64,000 nt of DNA, taken from assembly GCF_041381155.1 (NCBI RefSeq), contig NC_091142.1:29933528-29997527 (forward strand), given 5' to 3'. This document shows, in pieces, positions 34,521 to 47,149 of this stretch. Position 1 is the stretch's first letter. The number at the start of each line of letters is the position of its first letter. The notes beneath the pieces were generated by a model. It had not been told where the DNA came from. It saw only the letters and a program-made list of their open reading frames with translations, and did no database searches. The position numbers and the translations under genes were made by a program. The stretch is from Argopecten irradians. Lineage: Eukaryota.

Positions 34521-37484
34521 TGTAGCGTGTGCAGTCAGTTATGGTACATTGGTTTTCGATAGAAGATCAAACTTTAGTACGGTTATTGTACATGTGGTAT
34601 TATCCAGATTATCGGAGCTCCACTGCTACATTAAACTCAGATGTACGAATGTACAGATAAACATTTATGATTTCAATTTAGATACAACTTTTCGTTCACA
34701 ATTAAAGATTGTGATGATGAGTTCTATGTATATACATCCTTGAAATAATTTTATATCGGTTAGACGATGTATTCTGGTAAGTAGTAATACACCGTACATA
34801 ATAGCTAGGACATGATCATATTATAAAAAATATACATTAAATAGTAATTAAATTATTTATGTCTCAAGGATTTACAAGATGATGTCTCTGTATAGAAAAA
34901 AAATTCACACTTTGATTTGCTGATGCAATTTTGTAAAAAATTTGTTTCGATTTGTAATTCTGGTGTGGACTACGGTGAGTGATTATCTCTACTTATTTAA
35001 ATGATCTAGTTTAAATTGTTAGAATAGCACATTTTGGTGTTCAACAACAATATGTATGGTAAAGGTATTTTTAATCATCCATCATGTCATGCTTAATATT
35101 CCAGGTTCAATAATTTCACTTCTTGTTACACTTACAATTGTATCCAAGTGTAAAAACTCTTGACATCTTGGATCACGGTAGGTATTTCCCTGTGCTAAGA
35201 GGTATGACCCTTGTCTTGGTCACACGACGATCTACCAGCGAAACCATGTACTGGTATTTGACATCACAGGTAGTGCACATATAGTGCAGAATCTCTAGAT
35301 ATATATGAATTAAAAATTAATAAATTAATGTTATCCTTTTATTCACTAAACACGTAACATGGATCAGAAGATTTCAAATATATCGGCAGATTTAGTTAAT
35401 TAACAGTCATATATCGCCAATCGCTGTCTCTCTGGTTCTCATTCGGACACTTAAATTTAGCTGAAATTAAAGCGCCGTTTAAATTAATTAAAGAAAAAAC
35501 CCGTAAAAATCGCATGGCCTTATGCACATCTCAGGAAAAATCGTCTGGGCAAGGATTTATAAGTCTCATATACGTCCTTGGTCTTGGCAACGATACCGCT
35601 GTCGAAGTACCTCGCTCATATGGCTCATGTTGACTCGCTTATGTTGTACACGGAAAGGAAAATTATATTTTGATATTTTATTCTGTTAAATTTCCTGACA
35701 ATGATATCAAAACCGCATAAAAATCGGCCGCTATACCGAGATACCTCCCTCAAAATTGCTCAATTTGTACCTGTATAACGACTCATGCGACTGCTGATTT
35801 GGGGGAATAACCGAACTTGTGACGTCATTACCGGCAGTGGGCTGTTTTGTAGTGTAAAGTACAAATAATGTATGTCTGATATGGGGCTATGATAATTTAC
35901 AACTATATATATACACACACACAATTATACCTGATCCTCGGTATGATTAAGCTATAAGCTTCTTGACCAATTAGGATGATGATATGATTATATGAATATA
36001 TTACGAAGTATTGCATTTGAACTAATGCTAAAATAATAGTCTAAAGGGATCACCTTGTATACGTATTAGATGTGTGCGGCTCGTAATCCTGATATTCATT
36101 TGAATATGTTCTGTTCAATATACGTGATTTTCTTTCTTTAAAGCAAAGATTTGGATAGTATATCAAAATATTCTAAATATCTGTTTTAAGCAATCATCTA
36201 CAGAGTGATGCAGTACGTTTATTGGTCATATGAATTATCATTATTATCATATGTATATCAAATAATGATCGATATTGACCAAAACTCACAAAGAATTGAA
36301 TATCCGAAATCTAGCAATTATCAGAAATATCATTTCTGACATTATGCATTACTTTTGATAAGGAATTATTAGTTTTCACTTATAAATCCTTGCTTTTGAA
36401 TAGTTCTTTTTTCGATATGCCATTGTAAATAATATTACTGTTTCTAGTATAAAAATACATCAATCTGATTGAAAAATACATACACATGATACACTTGCTA
36501 TATGTAATGTACAAATTGGGCCAAGACCTGTGTACAGTGTGAATTGAAATTACATGATGGTCAATTTGCTCACTCCCGTGGATAGTTTCTCTTTCTTACG
36601 TAATCTGGCCCCTCTCATGAGACCGTATTGAGACGATGTTGACCAGCGAAGTATACAGTTAGAGATTACAACACAGCGTGACATCAGCTAAGAAGTCTCT
36701 AGTCTCAGTTTTTTCTTCACATCCGTGCATGATCTGTTTTATAAATAAAGACACTAATTAATGAATGAATTTCAGCAAAAATATGAACAAGTCATGTACA
36801 GTATGAAAGCTGAATGTTTTTTTTTTGTCAGAAAAAATGGATCGATATATATATCACTCCACTAAATGATACATATATGTATTTGTGTTATGGCGGTTCT
36901 CAAAACTTTATATGTATAATTAAAGCCGCCAATTCACGAAAATGAAATAAATCTGCTCTCAAGATATATTGTTAGACATAATTACTTATATACAAAACGT
37001 TCTGTTTAGAATCATGCCATATATCATGAAAGAACTAGGAGACATCAGCTTACCCGGGTCGGGTCTTGGATAACATAATGAAGGACGTATCAGTCCTTGA
37101 TATGATACATGTATTCAATGTGTATGTGTAGTCACTGGGAATATTGGAATTTTACCAAAGAAATAATAATCACTTTTGATTACAGAAAACAATTGACTTT
37201 TCCCTTAATTACCAAGATCGGTAGCAGAAATATTAGTTCGTAATATTTACACAACGGTATGTTTACATGTATGAAAATAAAATCATTGTCACAGCTTGAA
37301 AGTTTCCTCCGCCTGTATACAAGGTTGGTTAATTTTATTATTGTAAATAATACGAAATAATACTTCACGATATATAATAATATATCAAGGACGAATATAT
37401 AAATAAAACTCATCATCGAAATTTCAATGGTGCTGCTAAATGTTCACAGACATGATGTCTATCGATAATCAAAAACCATAACTG

Positions 37485-37965
37485 ACTGCACACCCTACAT
37501 TTTGAAAAAAAGTCTACAGGTAAACGCCCGTGGCTATGATCTGGGGCAGCCGTCGCTATGACAACACATACGTGTCAAGCTGTAGTGGTTATATTTGGAC
37601 ATTTTTCGGCACGTGACGACATACCTACGTAAAATTCGTCCGGAATATTGCAAGAATTTTATTAATGAACAACATTACGTATAACTTAACGCCAGAGACA
37701 GATGATACTGACGGCTTCTGGATAATCTTCCGACATGGATTTATTCGTCCTTGCTTCCGATGACCAGTTAGCTGGCCGGACACAGGTAAATCTGTCTATC
37801 ACAGCGGGAGGCTGAAGAGTGTAGTCTGCGGATGAGGGTTGCACACATTTATCTTAAAATAAAAGTCATCTTCATTTCACAATGTGTATGAAACTTATAT
37901 TTAGAAACCGATTTTATTTTAAGTTCTTATTGTAAACATCAATCCTTGTAAACATGAATTCTTGG
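37485..37965. repeat. Right terminal inverted repeat of foldback element
   Basis: reverse complement of left arm. Confidence 0.8.
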
Positions 37966-38319
37966 AAGTATATTGGTATAGCTATAAAGCGGTCGTAAGC
38001 TACATTAGAGACGATACACTATACATACACAAGACCGTTCTTATGAAAACGTAAGTCATGACAAATTAGTTATCGACCTCAAACTATTTTCTTTAGACCT
38101 GGCTATAATTTAAGACAGGTGCACGATGAAATAGACTATACTAGCTAGTGATGGCAAGTTTAGATAAGGTCGTCGTAATTCGGCCGTCGAATAAATTTAA
38201 GACATAGATAATAAGTGATATTTTTTTTTAGAAAATGGTGTCAAAATTCAAACTAGTAGAGAAACTTTAAAACACAAAATAAGGACATGTCAGTGAACTC
38301 CTTTGAATAATTAGACAAA

Positions 38320-38660
38320 TGACCCAAGGCCGTCTCTATGATATTTGACTGATGTCACCAACATTAGTCCCGGTCGCTGAAAATTTGGCCACCACTATAA
38401 AATTAGACTGAGGTCATCAAAATTCGACCCGGTCGTTAAAATTAGATAATTGCTGTAATATTAGACTGAGCCATCACAATTTGACCCAGTCGCTAAAAAT
38501 TAGACTCGTCACTGAAACTTAGACCACCACTATAAAATTAGGCTTGGGTCATCAAAATTAGACCCGCCACTGAAAATTAGATCACCGCTGCAATATTCGA
38601 CTCGGTCACCAAATTAGACACGAAGTCTTAAATAAGACGGTCTCTATATAGACTGATGTC
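38320..38660. repeat. Degenerate minisatellite, ~20-22-bp unit (AAAATTAGACyNGGTCRCTGA-like), ~15 units
   Basis: recurrent attagac...tc.ctgaaaa blocks read directly. Confidence 0.7.
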
Positions 38661-38844
38661 ATCAAAAAATAGGGGGTTTGGGAATTAGTACACGAACTAT
38701 GGCATGTATTTCTAGACAATTTTGTTCAGAATTATTAGATCAATTTTCCATAAATATAAGACCAAATCGAAGAAAAAAAAATAGTACTTTGTATTGTGTT
38801 TAAGTGTATATGCTCACACAAACACTGCGTAATTTGTGAGGTAC

Positions 38845-40060
38845 ATATATGGTATCTATACGATACGTATATGGTAAATATAGTTATGTATCAATCAAAA
38901 TCAATACTATGAAATATTCCATTTTATACGGAATGCTTAAGCAGCACCCATACAAAAGGACGGAAAGATTCATTTTAAAATAATAACTTATAAAATTGAG
39001 AAGCGCATTCGTAAAGTAAAAAGTTTTTAATTCACGATTTCTTCTTTATTTCCCGATCTTTCCTAAATATCATACACCAAAATTGAGATTGGATTATTCC
39101 CTTTCCAATGCTGTCTTCCAATTTTTGCTGACATTTCTGTATCGATAGTTATCAACTTACCTGTATTTTACTCACTATATGGCTCTACTCTCCACACATG
39201 CAACCAGCTGTGAAGTATACAGGTACATAACTCACCGCGGAAGGAGGAAGGGGTGTTAGGACACACGTGTAATTAACACATCCCATGGTGATATATGGTA
39301 TCTATAATCTATACGATACGTATATGGTAAATAGAGTTATGTATCAATCAAAATCAATAGTATGAAATATTCCATTTTACACGGAATGCTTAAGCAGCGC
39401 CCATACAAAAGGACGGAAAGAATTCATTTTAAAATAATAACTTATAAAATTGAGAAGCGCATTCGTAAAGTAAAAAGTTTTTAATTCACGATTTCTTCTT
39501 TATTTCCCGATCTTTCCTAAATATATCATACACCAAAATTGAGATTGGATTATTCCCTTTCCAATGCTGTCTTCCAATTTTTGCTGACATTTCTGTATCG
39601 ATAGTTATCAACTTACCTGTATTTTACTCACTATATGGCTCTACTCTCCACACATGCAACCAGCTGTGAAGTATACAGGTACATAACTCACCGCGGAAGG
39701 AGGAAGGGGTGTTAGGACACACGTGTAATTAACACATCCCATGGTGATATATGGTATCTATAATCTATACGATACGTATATGGTAAATAGAGTTATGTAT
39801 CAATCAAAATCAATAGTATGAAATATTCCATTTTACACGGAATGCTTAAGCAGCGCCCATACAAAAGGACGGAAAGATTCATTTTAAAATAATAACTTAT
39901 AAAATTGAGAAGCGCAATCGTAAAGTAAAAAGTTTTTAATTCACGATTTCTTCTTTATTTACCGACCGATCCTAAATGTCATACACCAAAATGGAGATTG
40001 GATTATTCCCTTTCCAATGCTGTCTTCCAAGTTTTGCTGACATTTCTGCATAGATAGTTA
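38845..40060. repeat. ~465-bp tandem repeat, ~2.6 copies
   Basis: GGTATCTATA..CGATACGTATATGGTAAATA recurs at ~38852, 39297, 39762; each unit contains GGAGGAAGGGGTGTTAGGACACACGTGTAATTAACACATCCCATGGTGAT. Confidence 0.85.
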
Positions 40061-40119
40061 CAGTACCTGAACCGTTTAACGTTCCCAGCCTAACGCAAAC
40101 GTAACTCAAAAAATCCGTC

Positions 40120-40200
40120 CGTTAGCTAACGCTTACGATTGCTAACGATTAACGATCAACGATTAACGCAATAACGATTTACGCAAAACGCTAAACGATC
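40120..40200. repeat. AACGAT-rich low-complexity microsatellite-like tract
   Basis: taacgcttacgattgctaacgattaacgatcaacgattaacgcaataacgatttacgcaaaacgctaaacgatc. Confidence 0.7.
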
Positions 40201-40374
40201 GGCAAGCATAGACCGGAAATACCATTGTTATAATCACGGAAATGGCTTGACGGTAAATAAATTACGGATCTTGACGTTCTGAAATACAAACGAAAGTATA
40301 AAAAACGGGAGTATGTTTAGGATTAAAATTTCTGTATACCATATAAACATTTGCCTATGAAAACTATATGGACA

Positions 40375-40760
40375 CGATGAGGTCAAAGACGACAGCACTC
40401 AATACGAAGTTTCCACTTTACAGGTACAAAATGTACGTTTACAAAATGAATTACATGTGCAACTGTATGTATTAAGAAAGAATGGTATTATTCTAAAGTG
40501 TCTCATTCACCCGATATTTTAAGAATAACAAATTATTACAACATCTCTTTACTGATAATAACACAATGAAGTCAAACACGACTGAACTCGATATGAAGTT
40601 TCCACTTTACACGTACATGTGTACGTTTACAAATTACGTGTACAACCGTATGTATTAAGAGAGAATTGTATTATTGTAAGGGTCATATTTATCCGATATT
40701 TTAAGAAATAACAAACAAATTGTTACAACAACACTTTATTGATAATATTATCGTCACAAT
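40375..40760. repeat. Tandem duplication of a ~190-bp unit (2 copies, ~85% identity)
   Basis: GATGAGGTCAAAGACGACAGCACTCAATACGAAGTTTCCACTTTACAGGTAC... repeated as ATGAAGTCAAACACGACTGAACTCGATATGAAGTTTCCACTTTACACGTAC... Confidence 0.75.
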
Positions 40761-42562
40761 GTCATAATTTTAGTGAAGCGATCAGGCGTATACCGGTACT
40801 TTAAATAGTATCATGGTGTCGAAATGACGAATAAACGATTTTCACACAAACACATTTAAAATGCATTACATCAAATTTCCATCTATATGCTTGATTTCTA
40901 TTATCGATATTTCATAACTCAACAATTGTAATAAGTAACATTTTATAGTGTTTCCCGCATCAATCACAAGTTTACGTTTGTTTTATTTTTCAGATTGTCG
41001 AAAGGCTCTTCCGCTTACCATGGAAAACGTATTCTCGGAATATTTTTCATAAAGGATTATACATTGTATTACTAGGGTGTGCATTTATAATTATAGATAT
41101 ACAGTATATGTGTACATAAAAGTTCATTGCTTACAATTGACTAGGCATCGATTTTAGGATCGCACATGTACATTTAAAAATGTACGTACTACATGTACAT
41201 ACATGTACGCCACAGTACAGCTACTGTAATAAAGATTAAACATTTGAATTCGTGTTTCGCCATTTGCAGTTCTCTCATTATATAGTTTCATGCATATAGT
41301 CAAGATATAAAGAATGAAAATATTCCCCTTCCAGTTATCTATATTCAAATTAAGTCAATTATGCAAAATCATTGATGACAACAACGATGAAGATAGTGAT
41401 GCAGATGTACACTGAAGATTACTGTAAAATTGCATTGCGACAATTTTCTACGTATATTTGTAACCGGTGTAAGAAACAAAGTTATTTGATCACATATCAC
41501 ATCAAGCAACTCTGCAATTTACAGTTACAAACAAATAATTATTCATACAATGTATAAGTGTGATAAGCTAATTCATTCCAACGTAATATATAAGAAAGCA
41601 TATTGTAAACATCAAAACTTTGAAATACGACAGTACGTGAAATGTACTGTCACATTGTACGGGGCACAGGTAAGTTGGGTATAGAGTTAATCTCCCTCCC
41701 AAGAAGGTGTTAATTACAGGTGAACTCCGCCCGTGGCCAGCGACAGAGGGTCGACACAAGGTAACACCTGTCGTGACCTTTATACCTGTACAGGTAAAAT
41801 ACCCGTGCGCGTCACGCTGGGAATTGAAGAGATTCAAGGTACAAATAACAACGAACACGTGTGAGAAGTTAATTGTCCAGGTTTTTTTTTATTGATATGA
41901 ACAAAAACGTATATCCGTGTCTGATTTGACACGCGTACAGTACGTGTGAAGGCTTACAATATAACGTACCTGCTCAGTTCGAATTCTGAACACGTGTTCT
42001 ACATGTAGATGTAGGTATACTCGTACATTACGGACATTCTTGTATCTGAAGAAATGCAAACGTTTACATCTTTTTATTCCCTTTTCCATTTTCATATAAA
42101 TACAAGTACTAATATATAAATAATTGCGTTTAAAAATATTTACATGTAGATGCCAAATCTCACCTCTTTCCGTGTTCAAACTCGTCATGTTAATGATTTT
42201 TAAACTTCACGAATTTATTTACAAATCTCCCGAGTTGCGTTCTTCGTACGTTGATAATTTTCAACATAACAAGAACAATATTACCCAGCGTGTCTGTAAT
42301 ATCGTTTTTATATATTTTTATTATCTGTTTTAGCTATTTTCGTGAGTAATCTTTCAATTGTCGTGGATTTTTTCTAAAAAATTGCTTTGGACATTAATGT
42401 TCTGTAAGACAGTTTCGTTAATATTTGAATTGCTTTCGCAGAAATAATAATAACAGAAACATATATACATATATGATATATGCTTCTGATAATAATAATA
42501 AAAAAGTGAAAATCACATTAAGTTTTGTAGTTTTGATAATTAATACATTTATTATTTCTGTC

Positions 42563-42616
42563 GGGAGGAGGAAGGGGTGTTAGGACGCGTGTAATTAACA
42601 CATCCCATGGTGATCG
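42563..42616. repeat. Solo copy of the GGAGGAAGGGGTGTTAGGAC(G)CGTGTAATTAACACATCCCATGGTGAT motif found in the 465-bp tandem repeat
   Basis: near-identical 50-mer to 39235-39290 / 39700-39755. Confidence 0.7.
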
Positions 42617-43485
42617 ATGTTGTACAGGTAAATGACGAGCTATATCCTATTTTAATAAGGACGAATAGAGAACAATAGGGGCTAATTACAGGTAAGTTAT
42701 AGTCTCTTTTAGAAAACGATTTACCAGTGAAACACCTGTGCGATAAAGTCACAGCAAGAACATTAGTACTCTTCTGACTTTTTTATTACATTTTCTTTTC
42801 AAAATCACATTATCAACATGCATATCTATTATACCAAAAATATACGTAACTTAATTTCCCACATCTTATATCATGAAAATCTTACAATCCTGAATTATTA
42901 TATATCCATTTTGCCTGAAATATTTATAATAAATATTTAGAGATTTACGGCATATGCATCGCTAACTATATGAAGCATTAGCGGCTAAATACTACAATTT
43001 TACATCTATAACACATTTATCTGAAGCTTCATATCTCTTATCCTCGGTTTCTTATAAAATTCAAGATCATTCAGATAAGCCACATTGAAATTAAACCCAT
43101 CGCTAAGTAAAAAAAAACTTTAATGTAAACAATGCGGTAGTTATTTTATCAACGCTGTATTCGAATTAGGACAGCTATGCAGTACGGTAACATACAAATG
43201 TAGAAAGTCGTCGATTATTCACCTTAAATACTCTAAACATGTATGTATTTCATGAGACAAGCAAATACTTGTACGATTGTCTTTTTATACGTATATGAAT
43301 ACGTTTTTATGACTCTTGAATACATTGATTAATAAAAAAGAGATTTTGAAAAACATATATTCATGTTACAGCAACGCTTTCTATCGACAGAGGATTTGCT
43401 TTGGTCAGCCAATCAAAAAAAAAAAAATGTTTTCCACTGAGTGTCACCGATCAGTGTGGGACATAAAAACAGCTTTATTATTTTC

Positions 43486-43520
43486 TAGGGTTAGGGTTAG
43501 GATTAGGTTAACCCTTAACC
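43486..43520. repeat. Interstitial telomere-like repeat in head-to-head arrangement: (TTAGGG)2.5-ATTAGG-TTAACCCTTAACC
   Basis: ctagggttagggttaggattaggttaacccttaacc. Confidence 0.7.
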
Positions 43521-44085
43521 ATTCATACAAAAGGGCAATGAAAAACATATAGAACACACAGTACATATTTAAACAACAAGTTAAACAATTATCAAGGCCG
43601 CTTTCCTCAGAGTTTTTAATAAAGAGGCCTAAATCCTGTAGAAATTGTAGATCATTAGAAGACAAAAGTCGTTCCAAATTTTAAAAGAATTTTTCTCGCT
43701 GTAAAGTTAACGGTTCGCTTAAAATGAAGTTGGTTTCATTCTCAATGTCGTTACAAAATATGCCAGAAGACGGGGAATCTTTTTAGTGACAGAAGTTATT
43801 TACCGTTACAGGTTCTGCTAAATAAATATTGCAAGTTTTGCAGGATTAATATTCATAAAATTGCCCACCAATGAACAAGCGTGTCCAAGTTATCGGTCAC
43901 TTGTGTTAGAGAAAAACAAAAGCTTTAAAAACATTGGAAATTTCTGATTGAAAAGTATCTTACGATCACATTAAAATATGAAAAAGATTATCAATTATTT
44001 ATATTCATATCGTATTCTATAATGAACTGTTCTATATTTTCGATATGACTCAACATTTTCACCGTCTGCCGACGGAACACATATC

Positions 44086-44300
44086 TCAGGTAATCTTTGC
44101 CAGCGTAACACTGACACCGTGACACTCAGGGACTGTGCTACCGCGATCCGCGGAGGACCGCCCGCTTTGAAGATCCGCGATGAAACGATCGCCGCGGATC
44201 ATGGTGACATGGCGGATCACCGTGATCACGATGGGTCGCGGAGACGCCGCTTTGAAGATTCTCGGTGACGATTCATGGTGACATGTCACCGCGATTGTCC
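44086..44300. repeat. GC-rich block with ~60-bp internal direct repeat (CGCTTTGAAGAT..CGCGATGA..GGTGACATG..)
   Basis: composition shift; motif vocabulary shared with 32400-32640. Confidence 0.5.
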
Positions 44301-45299
44301 CCCTTGAGAGATAAGCCGACGCGGAGACAGCGAGACATTTCGATAATTTTTAATGGATGATAATTTTAAATAAAATTCCTGAATGTAAATACTACTGAAA
44401 GTAACCCATAAAGCTTTACTGCAACTTATAGACTTTTACCATTTAAAAAGTTACCTCTTGTATTGACAGCAACTCTATTCAAATTATAAAATTGATTAGC
44501 ATTCTCAATATAATTGTTCAAAAATTAAACTATTTACCAATATTGTTAACAAAAAATCTGTCCAGAAGAACTTCAAAACCTTCTGGACAGTATAACCGTA
44601 AACAACTGGTTATCAATATTGACTTTTTACAACAATTAATTGTGTAGTAAAATAATCTTCAAAAGCGCGATTGAGTGACCCGATTGTCAGAGAAATTTGT
44701 TATCAAATTGAAAATAATTCTCCCCACACTAACGACGATTTTTTGATCCCCTGTATAATTAATTAAAACTATCTTCCTTTTTACTGTTATATGACCAACC
44801 CCCCCGCCTATAAAAGAAACTATTATCTAAGAAAAAGCCGAAATCTGATCAACCCCAATCTTGGAAGTCAATTGACTAATGTTGTACAAAGTGAGGTATC
44901 AAATAAACTTTACAATTTTGGTATTTTTTTATGTAAATGAAAAAAATGTGGGGCATTTTAAATGATTTGCATGGATGGTAATGTATGTAGTTGTCACAAA
45001 AATGTTTATCCGTGCTACAACCACCACTCATAAAAACGCTGTTATCAAAACGTTTTATCAAAAATTTCGATTAGTAATTACCCTGCCACCAAAATCATTA
45101 ATAATATATTATTTCACTTTAAAAAATATTCACAAATGAATTTTTTATTACATATAATATAAAACATAAAATTTGCTTAAATACTTATTATTTAATTTTT
45201 ACAATTTATCAGTACAATTAATGAAAATTGGCAAAAATGCCATGTTGTTAATGAAACACAACCCCCACCCCTTCCACCAATTGTTACTCCCCCCAACCT

Positions 45300-46440
45300 A
45301 TTCATCACCTTCACCGGAACATGCATGTACAGTTTCGTTGAACTAAATTCTGATCAAACTGAGGAGACCTTGCAAACCGATTTCAAAATGATCGTACCCA
45401 TCTTCCGTTAAAACATGCCACAACGATAAGCCGTGCAAAATTACCTGGTACATACGTTATTTTCACATCAACTTAAAAATGGCAATTATAAATAAACTGG
45501 TTGCATGGTCACATGACAAGTATTATTCTAAAACTTGGCCCCTTAAACAAACATATACAATCATGAATCTAGAACTTCGGCTCCAGTGACTGACTATTTT
45601 TATAACTTCCGGTTGCGTGCTATAAGAGCAACCAACTTAATGATTGTACAGAGACCACAGTGTGAAACCATTTGTTAATAGTTTGTGTAAATGTATTATT
45701 AATACAAAGGTAGATATTATTAGTTAGCTGTTGTGGTTCATATAATTAAAGGCTAGGTTCTCTTATTACACTAATTTATAGAAAAAAAAGTTTTTGGGTC
45801 ATTCTGCTCAAACTCCAACCAGGGTAGCTTTATTTGAAAATCAGGCGCATTTTGCACTATAAAATACTGTAATCCTGAATGATGTTAACCTATTCTTTAT
45901 CTAAGGTGAAAGTGTGAACCTAAAATCTCAATAATGTGAATTTCCAAAATTCATATCATTGTTATCTAGGATTAATTAACTTCAGAAAAAAACATTTTTA
46001 CTTTTGAAATTCATATTTAAGCCAGCCAATCAGCGCCGGGCATTAAAATTCTATCTGCTGGTCTTCAATCTTGTTATACACACAGGGGGGGGGGGGGCCA
46101 TATGCGGAAGACAAGAACGGAGGGTTCGTTCTTTTCATTTAGTTGGTTTTTCCCCTAGAGGCAGGAAGGATAGTTAAAATTAACATTTCCTATACTCACT
46201 ATGATGTAAAATGTGTATTTTCTTGGCTGTATGTCAAATCTTTGTAATATGAACTTAATCGGTGGAAGTGGTTTTTGTCCAGGACAGGGCTTCAACCTTC
46301 GACAGTCACCCGGGAGTAGTAGTAAAAAACGTATAGTAATTCTGAAAACATGGGAAATATCTTGAACTTACACACACTGTGTTGATTAATTGCCAATTAT
46401 GTATTAAATATTGAAATCGTGTTAATGTTGTATTTAAGTT
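45300..46440 (+). repeat. Repeat family X copy 1 (~1.1 kb; C-rich 5' boundary, CCAAT-box motif GCCAGCCAATCAGCG, internal GGGGCCATTTCGAAGGTC(T)n ATTTAGTTGGTT motif)
   Basis: aligns with 47150-48260 at ~80-85% identity. Confidence 0.7.
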
Positions 46441-47149
46441 AATTATTGGTTACATCATTAAACTTTCTGAATATAATGAATAAAATAGGAAAAGTCCCCC
46501 AGCCAAGGGGATGGAGATAATCCATTGATTACATATCCACGGTACCCTCCTATATTATATAGAAAATGTCAAAGATTTTGGATAGGAGAAAACCCAATAT
46601 ACCAACCCTTTTACATATCATTCAAATTTACCAGGAACATGCAAGGTTCCAGTAGTCCTTTTTTGCTGTTTAAAATAAACAAAATAAAAAAAACAAAGGA
46701 TCAAACCTGTAATCGAGCTCAAATAAAAGAGATATGCATGTCTTTGTTCCGTGACTGGAATTCTGTGCAACAACCAATATAATTTTCCGGAAATTCTTGA
46801 ATGACCCTGAAACACCATTAATATGTTTCAATTAACAGAAAAAAATATTCACAAATGTATTATTCATCATTATAACAAAAATTCATACTTTTACTAAATC
46901 GTATTAGCCTAATACTTACAATAATCAGGACATTTCTTGAAATTGCTTACCTAGGAAGGTACACCCCCACCCCCTCCCCGCCCACCAATATACCGGCAGT
47001 ATAAAAACCCACACCCCAAACTAACATTATGTAATACAATGTAATTGTCTCCACCATAATGTACCATTTCAAAGTATAAAGCTGGTAACGTAATTTATAC
47101 CTTATGGCGTGCCACTCCAATATGGCAGAGACGACTGACACCCCCCCCC

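Larger units (their letters stand above)
34185..37965. mobile_element. ~3.8-kb foldback / long-TIR element: ~340-480-bp terminal inverted repeats flanking ~3 kb AT-rich non-coding interior
   Basis: 34185-34520 is reverse complement of 37485-37965 (~90% identity, one ~105-bp indel at 37625-37730); no long ORF inside. Confidence 0.75.

Noticed and set aside
38320..38660. Possibility of a CRISPR-like array
   Set aside because: Units are contiguous and degenerate with no unique spacers; the sequence is clearly eukaryotic (spliced genes, retrotransposons), so CRISPR is not applicable
44086..44289. 67-aa minus-strand ORF
   Set aside because: Product of GC-rich repeat block (no stop codons by composition), no homology
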